Shown here one piece after another: positions 8,288 to 17,176 of a stretch of 27,076 nucleotides of DNA. The notes under the pieces are model-generated. The model was not told the origin of the DNA. It was given only the letters and a program-made list of their open reading frames with translations, and did not search any database. The stretch spans positions 1-27,076 of the forward strand of contig CAZPJZ010000001.1 in NCBI GenBank assembly GCA_964586995.1, read 5' to 3'. A program made the translations under genes and the position numbers. The stretch is from an uncultured Pirellulales bacterium (lineage in GTDB: Bacteria; Planctomycetota; Phycisphaerae; Sedimentisphaerales; Anaerobacaceae). Each line of letters opens with the position of its first letter. Position 1 is the first letter of the stretch.

Positions 8288-9812
8288 ACGCGATTTTCTC
8301 CGATTATCAGTGCTTAGCATAACATCAGTGTTTTCACGCAGGCTTATGGCATCTGAGCGTAAGCCTAATGTGCTCTTCATTGCCCTGGACGACATGAACG
8401 ATTGGATCGGTTCTTTAGGCGGATATTCAGAAAACGTGCACACACCGAATTTCGACCGTCTTGGGCGCAAGGGCGTCACATTCACCAACGCCCACAGTCC
8501 GTCGACTGTTTGCAACCCATCACGAACAGCGATAATGACCGGATTGCGGCCATCCACAACCGGCATATATAACAATGGACAATGGTGGCGGCCTGCTCTG
8601 CCTGATGTTGTGACTATGCCTGAGCACTTTCGAAAAAGCGGTTACCACGTTGAAGGCGGAGGAAAGATTTTTCACCATACGCTCGGTAACAACCCACCCG
8701 GGATTTGGGACAATTATTATCCCCAGGTTCAAGACGACCCGTGGCACTATGATTATCCCGTTCCAGGACAACATGAACCTAAGAAAGGCTTGCATTGGCC
8801 GCAAGGTTTTCCACTAAATGGTATTGAAAACGTAAGACTTGGAAAGAAACCGCCCGGTAACTACCGCTCATTTGACTGGGGCCCTTTTGACAAACCGGAT
8901 ATTCAGATGGGAGATGGTCAGATGGTCCAGTGGGCGATAGATTTTCTAAAAAGACCGCACGATAAACCGTTCTTTTTGGCCGCTGGAATTTACCGTCCGC
9001 ATCTGCCATGGTATGTCCCGAAAAAGTATTTTGATTTATATCCTTTAGATAGCATAAGACTGCCCGAGGTTAAAAGCGATGATCTGGACGATGTCCCTGC
9101 CGTAGGTAGAAAGATGGCCGAAGCTCGACATGCCGATTTCGAGCTCGTAAAGAAGGCAGGGAAATATAAAGAGGCAGTCCAGGCGTATTTGGCTTCCATC
9201 AGTTTTGCCGATGCGCTGGTTGGGCTTCTATTAGATGCTTTGGAGAAAAGCTCGTACCGAGACAATACGTTCATCGTAGTTTGGTCCGACCATGGCTGGC
9301 ATTTGGGCGAGAAGGGGGCATGGCACAAGCAGACACTTTGGGAACGAGCAACGCGCGTCCCGTTCTTTATCGTGGCGCCGCCGGTCACACAGCCTGGGTC
9401 GGTTTGTAATCACCCTGTAAACCTGATCGATATTTACCCGACACTTGTTGATTTATGTGGCTTGAAAGCAAATACGAAATTAGATGGGATCAGCCTCGTT
9501 CCACTTCTGAAAAATCCGGAAGCTGCCTGGGAGCGCCCTTCGGTCATTACGTATGAACGAGGAAACCACGCCGTCAGGTCTGAGCGATGGCGGTATATCC
9601 GCTACAATGACGGCACAGAAGAACTGTATGACCATGACAACGACCCCCACGAGTGGACGAACCTGGCAGGAGATTCAAACTTTGATTCAGCCAAGCAGAA
9701 GTTGGCGAAATGGCTCCCGAAAAGTGATGCGCCGCCGGCTCTTTCAAAGAGCGCTTACCATTTTGATCCGGATACCTACTCTTGGAGCAGGAAGGAGAAG
9801 TCACGGCAATGA
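8280..9812 (+). CDS. Cys-type sulfatase (iduronate-2-sulfatase/choline-sulfatase-like), Tat signal
   Basis: MNRRDFL twin-arginine signal; PNVLFIALDD; CNPSR-TAIMTG formylglycine motif; GIYRPHLPW; WSDHGWHLGEK. Overlaps the upstream gene by 8 nt. Confidence 0.92.
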   Translation: MNRRDFLRLSVLSITSVFSRRLMASERKPNVLFIALDDMNDWIGSLGGYSENVHTPNFDRLGRKGVTFTNAHSPSTVCNPSRTAIMTGLRPSTTGIYNNGQWWRPALPDVVTMPEHFRKSGYHVEGGGKIFHHTLGNNPPGIWDNYYPQVQDDPWHYDYPVPGQHEPKKGLHWPQGFPLNGIENVRLGKKPPGNYRSFDWGPFDKPDIQMGDGQMVQWAIDFLKRPHDKPFFLAAGIYRPHLPWYVPKKYFDLYPLDSIRLPEVKSDDLDDVPAVGRKMAEARHADFELVKKAGKYKEAVQAYLASISFADALVGLLLDALEKSSYRDNTFIVVWSDHGWHLGEKGAWHKQTLWERATRVPFFIVAPPVTQPGSVCNHPVNLIDIYPTLVDLCGLKANTKLDGISLVPLLKNPEAAWERPSVITYERGNHAVRSERWRYIRYNDGTEELYDHDNDPHEWTNLAGDSNFDSAKQKLAKWLPKSDAPPALSKSAYHFDPDTYSWSRKEKSRQ

Positions 9813-11278
9813 AAAGACGCACCTTTCTAAAGATATTGGGTATAGGAGCCTTATCACAGGCGTTTCCTGCTCTCTCATGGTCACAGAAGGCGAAAAGGCC
9901 CAACGTTCTGTTTATTGCAATCGATGATCTGCGCGGCGCCGTAGGCTGCCTGGGTGACAGGATTGCGAAAACAGCGAACATGGACAAACTGGCAAGACAC
10001 GGGACTGTTTTTCTAAACGCTTATTGTCAGCAGGCAGTGTGTAATCCGTCAAGAGCTTCCGTGATAACCGGCCTGCGCCCGGATACGCTCAAGGTGTGGG
10101 ACTTGAAAACGCATTTCCGCGAGCACCACCCGGATATTGTAACACTTCCACAATATTTCAAGCAGCATGGCTACTATACCCAGAGTTTCGGCAAGGTTCT
10201 CCACGGCCAGGGAGCGCCGTCGACGGACCCACCGAGCTGGTCGGCGGAGCCAGTCTGGGACCACTGCACCAGGCACGACCTGTATGCCCTGCCTGAAAAC
10301 CAGCCGGGCAGCGAAAACGACAAACAAGCCGCCGCAGAATGTGCAGATGTGCCGGATGAAGCCTACGTTGACGGCAAGGTGGCTGGCAAAGCAGTAAAAA
10401 AGATTGAAGAGCTCGCAGAAAATGGTAAGGCGTTCTTCCTGGCAGTAGGTTTTCGCAAACCGCATTTGCCTTGCTCTGCTCCTAAGAAATACTGGGATAT
10501 GTATAAGCGAAAAACTTTCGAGAACAATGATTGGCCAGCACTTAATAGACCAAAAGACGGGCCGGATATTGCCCTGCACAATTGGAGGGAGCTTCGAGGT
10601 TATACCGACATCCCAGACATCGGGGATGTGCCTGCGGAAAAAGCAGCCGAAGTTCGCCACGGCTATTACGCTGCTACAAGTTATACCGATGCTCAAATTG
10701 GCAAGCTGATTGATACACTTGATAGATTTGGCTTGCGAGAAAACACTATTATCTGCCTCTGGTCAGATCACGGCTTCCACCTTGGTGAGCATACCCTTTG
10801 GTGCAAAACCAGTAATTACGAATTTGATGCACGGGTACCATTGATCATATCTGCACCGCAAAAGAAGAAGGGGCAAGTCTGCAGAAAGCTGGTGGAACTC
10901 GTTGATATGTATCCTACGTTGGTTGAGTTGGCCGGATTGGCTGTACCAGGCGGTTTAGAGGGGACTTCTATGGTCCCATTGCTCGATGACCCACAGCGAG
11001 GTTGGAAAAAAGCAGCCTTCACACAGTTTCCGCGCCCGCCGTACTATAAGAAAAGTTTTGACGCTATGGGCTACTCGGTTCGCACCGAGCAGTTTCACTA
11101 TATAGAATGGATTGATGTCAAGAAAAAGCAGCCGATAGCGTCTGAGCTGTATGACCATCGTTCAGACCCTTATGAGCTTACAAATCTTGCACTGAAAAAG
11201 GAACAGCAAACGACTGTCAGGCAGCTTAGCAAACTTCTTGAGGATGGCTGGAAGACCGCATTGCCGGCAAGGAGATAA
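9809..11278 (+). CDS. Cys-type sulfatase (iduronate-2-sulfatase-like), Tat signal
   Basis: MKRRTFL signal at ATG 9809 (AAGGAG RBS, ATGA overlap with the previous stop); PNVLFIAIDD; CNPSR-ASVITG; GFRKPHLP; WSDHGFHLGEH. Confidence 0.92.
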   Translation: MKRRTFLKILGIGALSQAFPALSWSQKAKRPNVLFIAIDDLRGAVGCLGDRIAKTANMDKLARHGTVFLNAYCQQAVCNPSRASVITGLRPDTLKVWDLKTHFREHHPDIVTLPQYFKQHGYYTQSFGKVLHGQGAPSTDPPSWSAEPVWDHCTRHDLYALPENQPGSENDKQAAAECADVPDEAYVDGKVAGKAVKKIEELAENGKAFFLAVGFRKPHLPCSAPKKYWDMYKRKTFENNDWPALNRPKDGPDIALHNWRELRGYTDIPDIGDVPAEKAAEVRHGYYAATSYTDAQIGKLIDTLDRFGLRENTIICLWSDHGFHLGEHTLWCKTSNYEFDARVPLIISAPQKKKGQVCRKLVELVDMYPTLVELAGLAVPGGLEGTSMVPLLDDPQRGWKKAAFTQFPRPPYYKKSFDAMGYSVRTEQFHYIEWIDVKKKQPIASELYDHRSDPYELTNLALKKEQQTTVRQLSKLLEDGWKTALPARR

Positions 11279-11281
11279 ACA

Positions 11282-12793
11282 GTGACGCCAACAAGAAGAC
11301 AACTCATGAAATCTGCATTGGGTACGGCGATGGCCTTTGGATTCCCAGGATTATCCGGTGCACGCGAAAGAGGCCAATCAAAACCGAACATTCTGCTCAT
11401 GGTGGCAGAAGACCATGGTCTGCAGTTGAGCTGCTATGGTGATAAACATATTTCCACCCCGAATTTGGATGCCCTGGCAAAGACGGGGGTCCGATTTGAA
11501 AATACGTATGTTACCCAGGCTGGCTGCAGCCCATCAAGGGCTTCGATACTCACGGGGCAGTATCCTCACAAGAACGGCCAGATCGGCTTGGCTACACATG
11601 GTTTACGTATGTACAAAGACAACATGCCTAATCTTACAACTTATCTCAAAGGCGCTGGCTATCGAACAGAGATCATCGGAAAGATACATGTCAATCCGGA
11701 ATCTGCCTTCGTGTTCGACTTCAAGGCATTTCCAAAAAGCAATTTCAATAACCGTCCTGTAAGGCAGTTCGCCCGCTCATCTGGAGAATTCTTCCGGGCT
11801 TCGGATGAACCGTTCCTAATGTGGATAAGCTTCCCAGATGCGCATCGTCCCTTCCACGACCAGCAGGATGGTATCCCCGCCAGGTTCATGGGACCATATG
11901 ATGTTGAGACCCTGCCTATGGTTGGCGTATCTACTCGGCAGACACTCCAGACGACAGCGAGCTATTACAACTGTATGCAGCGTTTAGACGTAGCTGTTGG
12001 GATGGTTCTAAAGGAATTGGCCAATTCCGGGAAGGCTGATAACACACTTATCATCTATCTTTCAGACCACGGCCCTGATTTCCCTCGCGCGAAAAAGACA
12101 ATCCGTGAAGGCGGAAGCCGTGTGCCGATGATAATGAGATGGACGGGACATTTGCCGAAAGGGAAAGTCGAGTCTCGTTTGGTTTCCAGCCTTGACATCC
12201 TGCCGACCATACTTGAAATAGTTGGCACAAAACCACATCAAAATGATCTGGACGGCCGCTCCTTGATGCCTTTGTTCTACAAGGAATCCGCACCATGGCG
12301 AGAATACCTGTTCACCGAATTCACGTTGCACTGGCCTGAAACATATTATCCGGGTCGTGCCGTACGGGACAGCCGTTTCAAGCTTGTCCACAACCTGTTG
12401 CCTCATCGCGAAAATCCGGTATATGACATCTACCTTGTTAAACAAATGCCTAAGACGTTTACCCCCGAGGAACTCAAGGATATGCCAGAACACGTTCGGG
12501 AGGCATACAAAATTTTTCGGCAGCCTCCGGAATTCGAGTTGTATGATCTTCAAAATGATCCGTGGGAGTTTCACAACCTTGCCAAAGACTCACGCTATGT
12601 GGAACAGTTCATACGTCTGAAAAAACGCTTGGCCGAATGGCAGGAAGAAACGAATGATCCCCTGCGGCACAAGCACATCCTTGACAAATTCACAACCGAG
12701 AATGACGCCACAATGACCAGTGGAAAATATATAAGAAAGAAATCTGGGCAATGGAAGTATTCCGAATACTTCTTTGCAGGAGATGATATGTGA
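11282..12793 (+). CDS. Cys-type sulfatase (N-sulfoglucosamine sulfohydrolase/sulfamidase-like), Tat signal
   Basis: GTG start, TRRQLM signal; PNILLMVAED; CSPSR-ASILTGQYPH; DAHRPF; SDHG; FPRAK. Confidence 0.9.
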   Translation: MTPTRRQLMKSALGTAMAFGFPGLSGARERGQSKPNILLMVAEDHGLQLSCYGDKHISTPNLDALAKTGVRFENTYVTQAGCSPSRASILTGQYPHKNGQIGLATHGLRMYKDNMPNLTTYLKGAGYRTEIIGKIHVNPESAFVFDFKAFPKSNFNNRPVRQFARSSGEFFRASDEPFLMWISFPDAHRPFHDQQDGIPARFMGPYDVETLPMVGVSTRQTLQTTASYYNCMQRLDVAVGMVLKELANSGKADNTLIIYLSDHGPDFPRAKKTIREGGSRVPMIMRWTGHLPKGKVESRLVSSLDILPTILEIVGTKPHQNDLDGRSLMPLFYKESAPWREYLFTEFTLHWPETYYPGRAVRDSRFKLVHNLLPHRENPVYDIYLVKQMPKTFTPEELKDMPEHVREAYKIFRQPPEFELYDLQNDPWEFHNLAKDSRYVEQFIRLKKRLAEWQEETNDPLRHKHILDKFTTENDATMTSGKYIRKKSGQWKYSEYFFAGDDM

Positions 12794-12863
12794 AGATGAG
12801 ACCCATTTCATGTGGTCTAAGTCGTCCCCCTCTTTTGTATAGCTTAGAAGGAGAGTGACAAGT

Positions 12864-14666
12864 ATGAATAAGCTAAATAGACGCCAGTTTTTGCAGGTTG
12901 GCACGGCTTCAGGCGCGGTCTTGGTTTGGGGATCGGCAAAGAGTTCATCCAGGGCACAGCAATCCAGCAAGATAAGCACAAAAAGCGAAAGACCGAATAT
13001 TCTTTGGATATGCACCGATCAGCAGCGCTGGGACACGATTGGTGCGCTTGGAAATCATTACGTTCACACTCCCAATATTGACCGTATTGTAAACGAAGGT
13101 GTAGCGTTCGATCATGCATTCTGCACGTCGCCGATCTGCACCCCCAGCCGCGCCGGTTTCCTGACCGGCATGTATCCCTGCGCAGTCAAAGCATGTAAGA
13201 ATGGCGCGGAATTATGGGCCGAACAGGCCCCGCTCGTGACAAAGCTCTTTAGAGACATGGGTTACGTATGCGGTCTGGCCGGTAAGCTTCATCTGGCATC
13301 CGCAATGAAGAACGACAGGGAAACCCGGCCAAGAGACGATGGATATTCGGTATTTCACTATAGCCATAGTCCACATCAGGGGGGCCAGAAAAATGATTAT
13401 CTGGTATGGCTGGAGAAACGCGGCTATTCGTATAAAGACCTTGGCAAACTGGATGGCCAGGCACACGCACGCCTTCACCAGACAACGTGGTGTACCGACC
13501 GCGCCATAGATTTCATACACGCACATAAAAAGCAGCCCTGGCTTTTCAGTGTCAACATCTATGATCCTCACCCACCTTTCAACGCACCACCCTCGTATGT
13601 GTCCCGGTACGACACTTCTTCTTTGCCGGGCCCTGCATTTAGAGATTCTGATATCGAAGAGAAAGGTCGCTTCAGCAGAATCGTGCTTCAGAAGAAGCCC
13701 AGGCATTACTCGCAGTCCGATGCCAAACAGCACCAGGCTGACTATTGGGCCCAGATCGATCTTATCGACGAGAACGTGGGACGCCTCCTTTCGACGCTCG
13801 AAGAGACCGAGCAGGACAAAAGCACCGTAATCATCTTCACCGCCGACCACGGCGATATGTGCGGAGATCACGGAATCCGCGCCAAGGGCTGCCGCTTCTA
13901 TGAGGGCCTGATCAGAGTGCCGCTCATATTCTGGTCCCCAGCCCGGTTCAATAAAGGACTTGTCAGCAAGGCACTGGTCGAACTGACGGATATCGCGCCT
14001 ACTTTGCTGGATATTGTAGGAGAGCGAATTCCCAGTCGTATGCAGGGAAGAAGTCTTCTACCGATTCTTCGCGGCGAGGCGAATCCTGACAGACATCGCG
14101 AATTTGTGCGCTGCGAATTCTATGATGCGCTTGACCCAGAGGGACTGCTCCCTGCCTTTGCGACCATGATCCGAACAAGAAGTCTAAAGCTTGTCGTGTA
14201 TCACGGACACACGCTCGGCGAGCTGTTCGATCTGTCGAACGACCCAAAAGAGTTTGACAACGTGTGGGATCAGCCGGACTATGAAGAGAAGCGCCTCGTC
14301 CTTCTCAAACGTTGTTTCGATGCCACAGTCCTTGCATGCAGTGCGCAAATGCCTCTGCTTGAATCGCAATCTGGCGTTTCGGCTATGGCGGGATTGCAGG
14401 AGGGAGAAAGTGTTAGAAACGTCGGCCGTATATCGGCAGCAGGGACACGGTGGGAAACGGTGTTCCAGAGCGACTCCTACCGCATGGTGGTTGACCATAT
14501 GGGAAGGAGCTCTGCGTTGTTCGACTTGAGGAAGGATTCCGGCAAGGAATCGAATGTGTGGGGTGATGCCATGTACCGCAAGGTACGTTTTGATCTGCTC
14601 AAGAAATGTTTTGATGCCACAGTCTTTGCGATCGACACAGGGCCTCAGCGGGTGGCACGTTATTGA
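12864..14666 (+). CDS. Cys-type sulfatase (choline-sulfatase-like), Tat signal, tandemly duplicated C-terminal domain
   Basis: MNKLNRRQFL signal (ATG 12864 is better spaced from AAGGAG than GTG 12855); PNILWICTDQQR; CTPSR-AGFLTG; DPHPPF; ADHGD. Two copies of the ...LFDL..D..E..NVW....Y...R..LLK.CFDATV tail. Confidence 0.9.
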   Translation: MNKLNRRQFLQVGTASGAVLVWGSAKSSSRAQQSSKISTKSERPNILWICTDQQRWDTIGALGNHYVHTPNIDRIVNEGVAFDHAFCTSPICTPSRAGFLTGMYPCAVKACKNGAELWAEQAPLVTKLFRDMGYVCGLAGKLHLASAMKNDRETRPRDDGYSVFHYSHSPHQGGQKNDYLVWLEKRGYSYKDLGKLDGQAHARLHQTTWCTDRAIDFIHAHKKQPWLFSVNIYDPHPPFNAPPSYVSRYDTSSLPGPAFRDSDIEEKGRFSRIVLQKKPRHYSQSDAKQHQADYWAQIDLIDENVGRLLSTLEETEQDKSTVIIFTADHGDMCGDHGIRAKGCRFYEGLIRVPLIFWSPARFNKGLVSKALVELTDIAPTLLDIVGERIPSRMQGRSLLPILRGEANPDRHREFVRCEFYDALDPEGLLPAFATMIRTRSLKLVVYHGHTLGELFDLSNDPKEFDNVWDQPDYEEKRLVLLKRCFDATVLACSAQMPLLESQSGVSAMAGLQEGESVRNVGRISAAGTRWETVFQSDSYRMVVDHMGRSSALFDLRKDSGKESNVWGDAMYRKVRFDLLKKCFDATVFAIDTGPQRVARY

Positions 14667-15072
14667 GGTTCAGCAGGAGTTTCCAGGACAGGTCTTTACG
14701 ACATTTCAGCCGATATTTGTAGCTTATCTGGTAATCGGCATGCAAGACAGCCACGGGGGAGTTTAAGAGATCGGCAAGTAGAATAGCCACACCGCAGCAG
14801 GCTCCACCGGTTGTTAGTCCCACATGTAATAATGACTTACGGAGGCGAAGCGTGCTTACGGTGCAAGAGATGGTTATTGGGGCTATCGGCTGCTTGCGTC
14901 ATAAGTTATACCCATGGTGCGGCCTGATTGATGATGTTCCCATCTACGACCGGGCCAGTGACGCCGTAATAGCGATACTGTTTTGACACAGAAAGAAAAA
15001 TGGCTGCCGGCTTGAAACACTGAGAGCCTTTCTATTGGGAGTGTTGTTGGCTCAAACCCCCGACTTTTTTCA

Positions 15073-15224
15073 GTCGAGTAGACGTACTATAGCCCTCTTG
15101 GGTGGGCATGCTTTGTGTTCGCCGTTTTCCCTCTCTTTCGATTGAGGGGTGCCACAATATTCTGCCATGCAAGAGAGCTTCAACGTCCCTCACGGAACCG
15201 GACGTGCAGATTGCCCGCATCCGG
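15073..15224 (-). mobile_element. 3' remnant of a group II intron (domain V plus extended domain VI); no RT/maturase ORF
   Basis: Minus strand reads CCGGATGCGGGCAATCTGCACGTCCGGTTC (DV hairpin with 2-nt CG bulge), then GAG-GGACGT...ACGTCT-A-CTC-GAC (DVI with bulged branch A seven nt from an AC 3' end). DVI contains a 10-bp internal stem (15091-15100/15170-15179) and a GAAA-capped hairpin. Confidence 0.85.
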
Positions 15225-15356
15225 AACGTGCGAAGCAGGCCGAGGCGAGCAGACCCATTGTCGTGGTATTTTTGCCATATTCAGATTCTCCGTGATTACG
15301 TCCAATCACCGCTTTCTGTGCACTGTCCCCAGCCATTCGGGGTTGTCTCTATTATT

Positions 15357-16004
15357 CTATTGTTCAATATCATCAGGCCATCCAGATAGAATGTGTCCAA
15401 ACCAATGTGCATACTCATACCTGCTGTTGTCATCCATGTTAGTCGAGGACATATATTTAAGCCACGGATCCAAAGCTGCCGACCATCTGGATTTGCGAGT
15501 GGTCATAACTTTATATGCTTCTTGAACATAAGGACACTCAGCATAGTTACATTTGGTCACTTTTCCTAAGTACCTATCATAATAGATCCCATACCTTCCT
15601 CGCAAAATCGTAAGTTTCAGGAGAAAGGAAAGAAATGCATTGTCATGCCTTGCTTCGGGACTCCAGCGTTGCCAACTTGCATCGTTAATACCACTATAGC
15701 TTCCCGCTAACAATCGTATCTTTTCTACGTCGCCGACCGGAATGAATCCGCTTTTTAAGCGCAAGACTTCAATATCGTTGCGCCCATGGTGCGTAGCACG
15801 TCGGATATGGAACCAAGCTTCATCAGTCGGATGAGCAATGTCAATACTCCTAATTTCGCTCAGGAAACTGACGACCTTTGGCCAGAAGTCCTCAATCAAG
15901 TCTCGAAGAAAGAGCCATGTTAACGAATCGGCTCCAAGAACTAATTCATTCCATAAAGGTTGGAGCGTATGAGTTTTGGATGATATACACGAAAAAGAAC
16001 ACAT
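15357..16004 (-). CDS. Hypothetical protein; 5' end uncertain, possibly frameshifted or decayed
   Basis: 215-codon ORF in the AT-richer patch with no recognisable motif and no clear RBS. Short overlapping ORFs in the other two frames lie at its 5' end. Confidence 0.45.
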   Translation of the reverse strand: MCSFSCISSKTHTLQPLWNELVLGADSLTWLFLRDLIEDFWPKVVSFLSEIRSIDIAHPTDEAWFHIRRATHHGRNDIEVLRLKSGFIPVGDVEKIRLLAGSYSGINDASWQRWSPEARHDNAFLSFLLKLTILRGRYGIYYDRYLGKVTKCNYAECPYVQEAYKVMTTRKSRWSAALDPWLKYMSSTNMDDNSRYEYAHWFGHILSGWPDDIEQ

Positions 16005-16145
16005 AACCCAATGTCCAAATAGCGATTATTAGATACATCAACCCTTTTCTGTAGAGTGTTCATTGCTGTTAATAAGTGATATTCTCTATTGTTTATCATC
16101 CTCTATTATTCTGATGGTTCGTCAATGTTTTTCCTGTATGGTAGT

Positions 16146-16673
16146 TCAAAGCGTAGGGATACAGATGTTGTTCCTCGCCAGTTCCTGAGGGAAACCTTCT
16201 ATGCCAGCTTTCCCTTGAAGGTATTCCTCCGCCCGCGCGACTGCCCGATGGAAGTCAGATGAAGGGTCACCCTGCAAGTAGTGATTTATTACTGCTTGTC
16301 TATCTCTCGCTTTCGTGAACATTGGCTCCAAGATATGTGCGGCTATATCGGTAAATTTTTCTCTTGGGATTTTGTGGTCATGAATGCACTTCTCAATAGC
16401 AGCAAAACTCAGAGCCGCGACGGCATTTCTATAGCTTGGAGACCCCTTCAATTCGTTTCGATGAGCAAGGTAGGTTTCATTGGCTGCGACGTACATGCGC
16501 CATAGATCCTCGTCTTTTCTCACATGCGCAGTCTTGATAAGGGAGAATATTCCTGGCAAAACCACCTTCAAGATAAAAAAAATAGCTCCGACGATCGCGA
16601 GAAGAAGAAAAATTCTCAAACCGTACATCATCTTATTCCAAACAGAAGGTATATTTCCCTGCTGTTGACCCAA
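16146..16673 (-). CDS. Hypothetical protein with an N-terminal transmembrane anchor
   Basis: 175-aa ORF (TTG start; alternative ATG near 16630) with hydrophobic IFLLLAIVGAIFFILKVVLPGIFSLI followed by a helical-looking soluble region. Confidence 0.55.
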   Translation of the reverse strand: MGQQQGNIPSVWNKMMYGLRIFLLLAIVGAIFFILKVVLPGIFSLIKTAHVRKDEDLWRMYVAANETYLAHRNELKGSPSYRNAVAALSFAAIEKCIHDHKIPREKFTDIAAHILEPMFTKARDRQAVINHYLQGDPSSDFHRAVARAEEYLQGKAGIEGFPQELARNNICIPTL

Positions 16674-16776
16674 CTATTGATTATATGTTTTCCGAATAAC
16701 GAAAAACTGTCAGACTCCGAGTACTCGGCGTCCGCGTGCAGCCCATTTAATTTTTGTCGCTCGTGTAATGAATAGT

Positions 16777-16864
16777 ATTCAGCGTTCAGCGTACAGCGTT
16801 TAGGTATTATAATTCTGTCTCCTCTCTTCTGACTGCTGTCCCTTCGACTTCGCTCAGGACAAGC
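16777..16864. repeat. Heptamer arrays plus REP-like element
   Basis: attcagc-gttcagc-gtacagc-gtttagg (16777-16804), tctgtct-cctctct-tctgact-gctgtcc (16814-16841), then cccttcgacttcgctcaggacaagc (16840-16864), which resembles 17213-17237. Confidence 0.55.
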
Positions 16865-16873
16865 CTCTGTTAT

Positions 16874-17086
16874 TTATGCGCTTAGGGAAAATCTATGAGC
16901 CTTTTTCTCAACGGTTCGGATTAAATCTTGAATTGTGCCGACTTCCCTTTCTTCAAAATATGCCTCTCCGCACTGCTGGCATACCCAGGCAGGGACGTTG
17001 TCAATTGTCACATGGCAGCCATTTCTGTCAATATGCAGTGGTGCTGTCCCCTGTTTCATGATTGCCTGACAGTGAATACATTTCAT
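16874..17086 (-). CDS. YgiT-type zinc finger protein (MqsA-antitoxin N-domain-like)
   Basis: 70 aa, MKCIHC ... IDNVPAWVCQQCGEAYF: two CxxC pairs with the characteristic VPAxVCxxCGE signature. Confidence 0.85.
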   Translation of the reverse strand: MKCIHCQAIMKQGTAPLHIDRNGCHVTIDNVPAWVCQQCGEAYFEEREVGTIQDLIRTVEKKAHRFSLSA

Positions 17087-17170
17087 TTTTTTACCTGCAC
17101 TTCATAATCTTTAGGCCACTCGTTCATAGAAGGTTACAACTATCGCTCTTGTCGTAGCTGTCAATCCACG
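17083..17170 (-). pseudogene. Possible frameshifted C-terminal remnant of a DUF4258-like toxin partner
   Basis: RAIVVTFYE in one frame continues after a shift as EWPKDYEVQVKK*, whose TGA overlaps the zinc-finger ATG (ATGA). This resembles the VTxYxP..xW tails of DUF4258 proteins usually found upstream of YgiT-type genes. No intact N-terminus is present. Confidence 0.25.
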
Positions 17171-17176
17171 ACCAAT

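Noticed and set aside
14667-14960. Possible transposase or gene remnant after the sulfatase cluster
   Set aside because: Translations I tried gave no recognisable motif and the ORFs are short; left unannotated.
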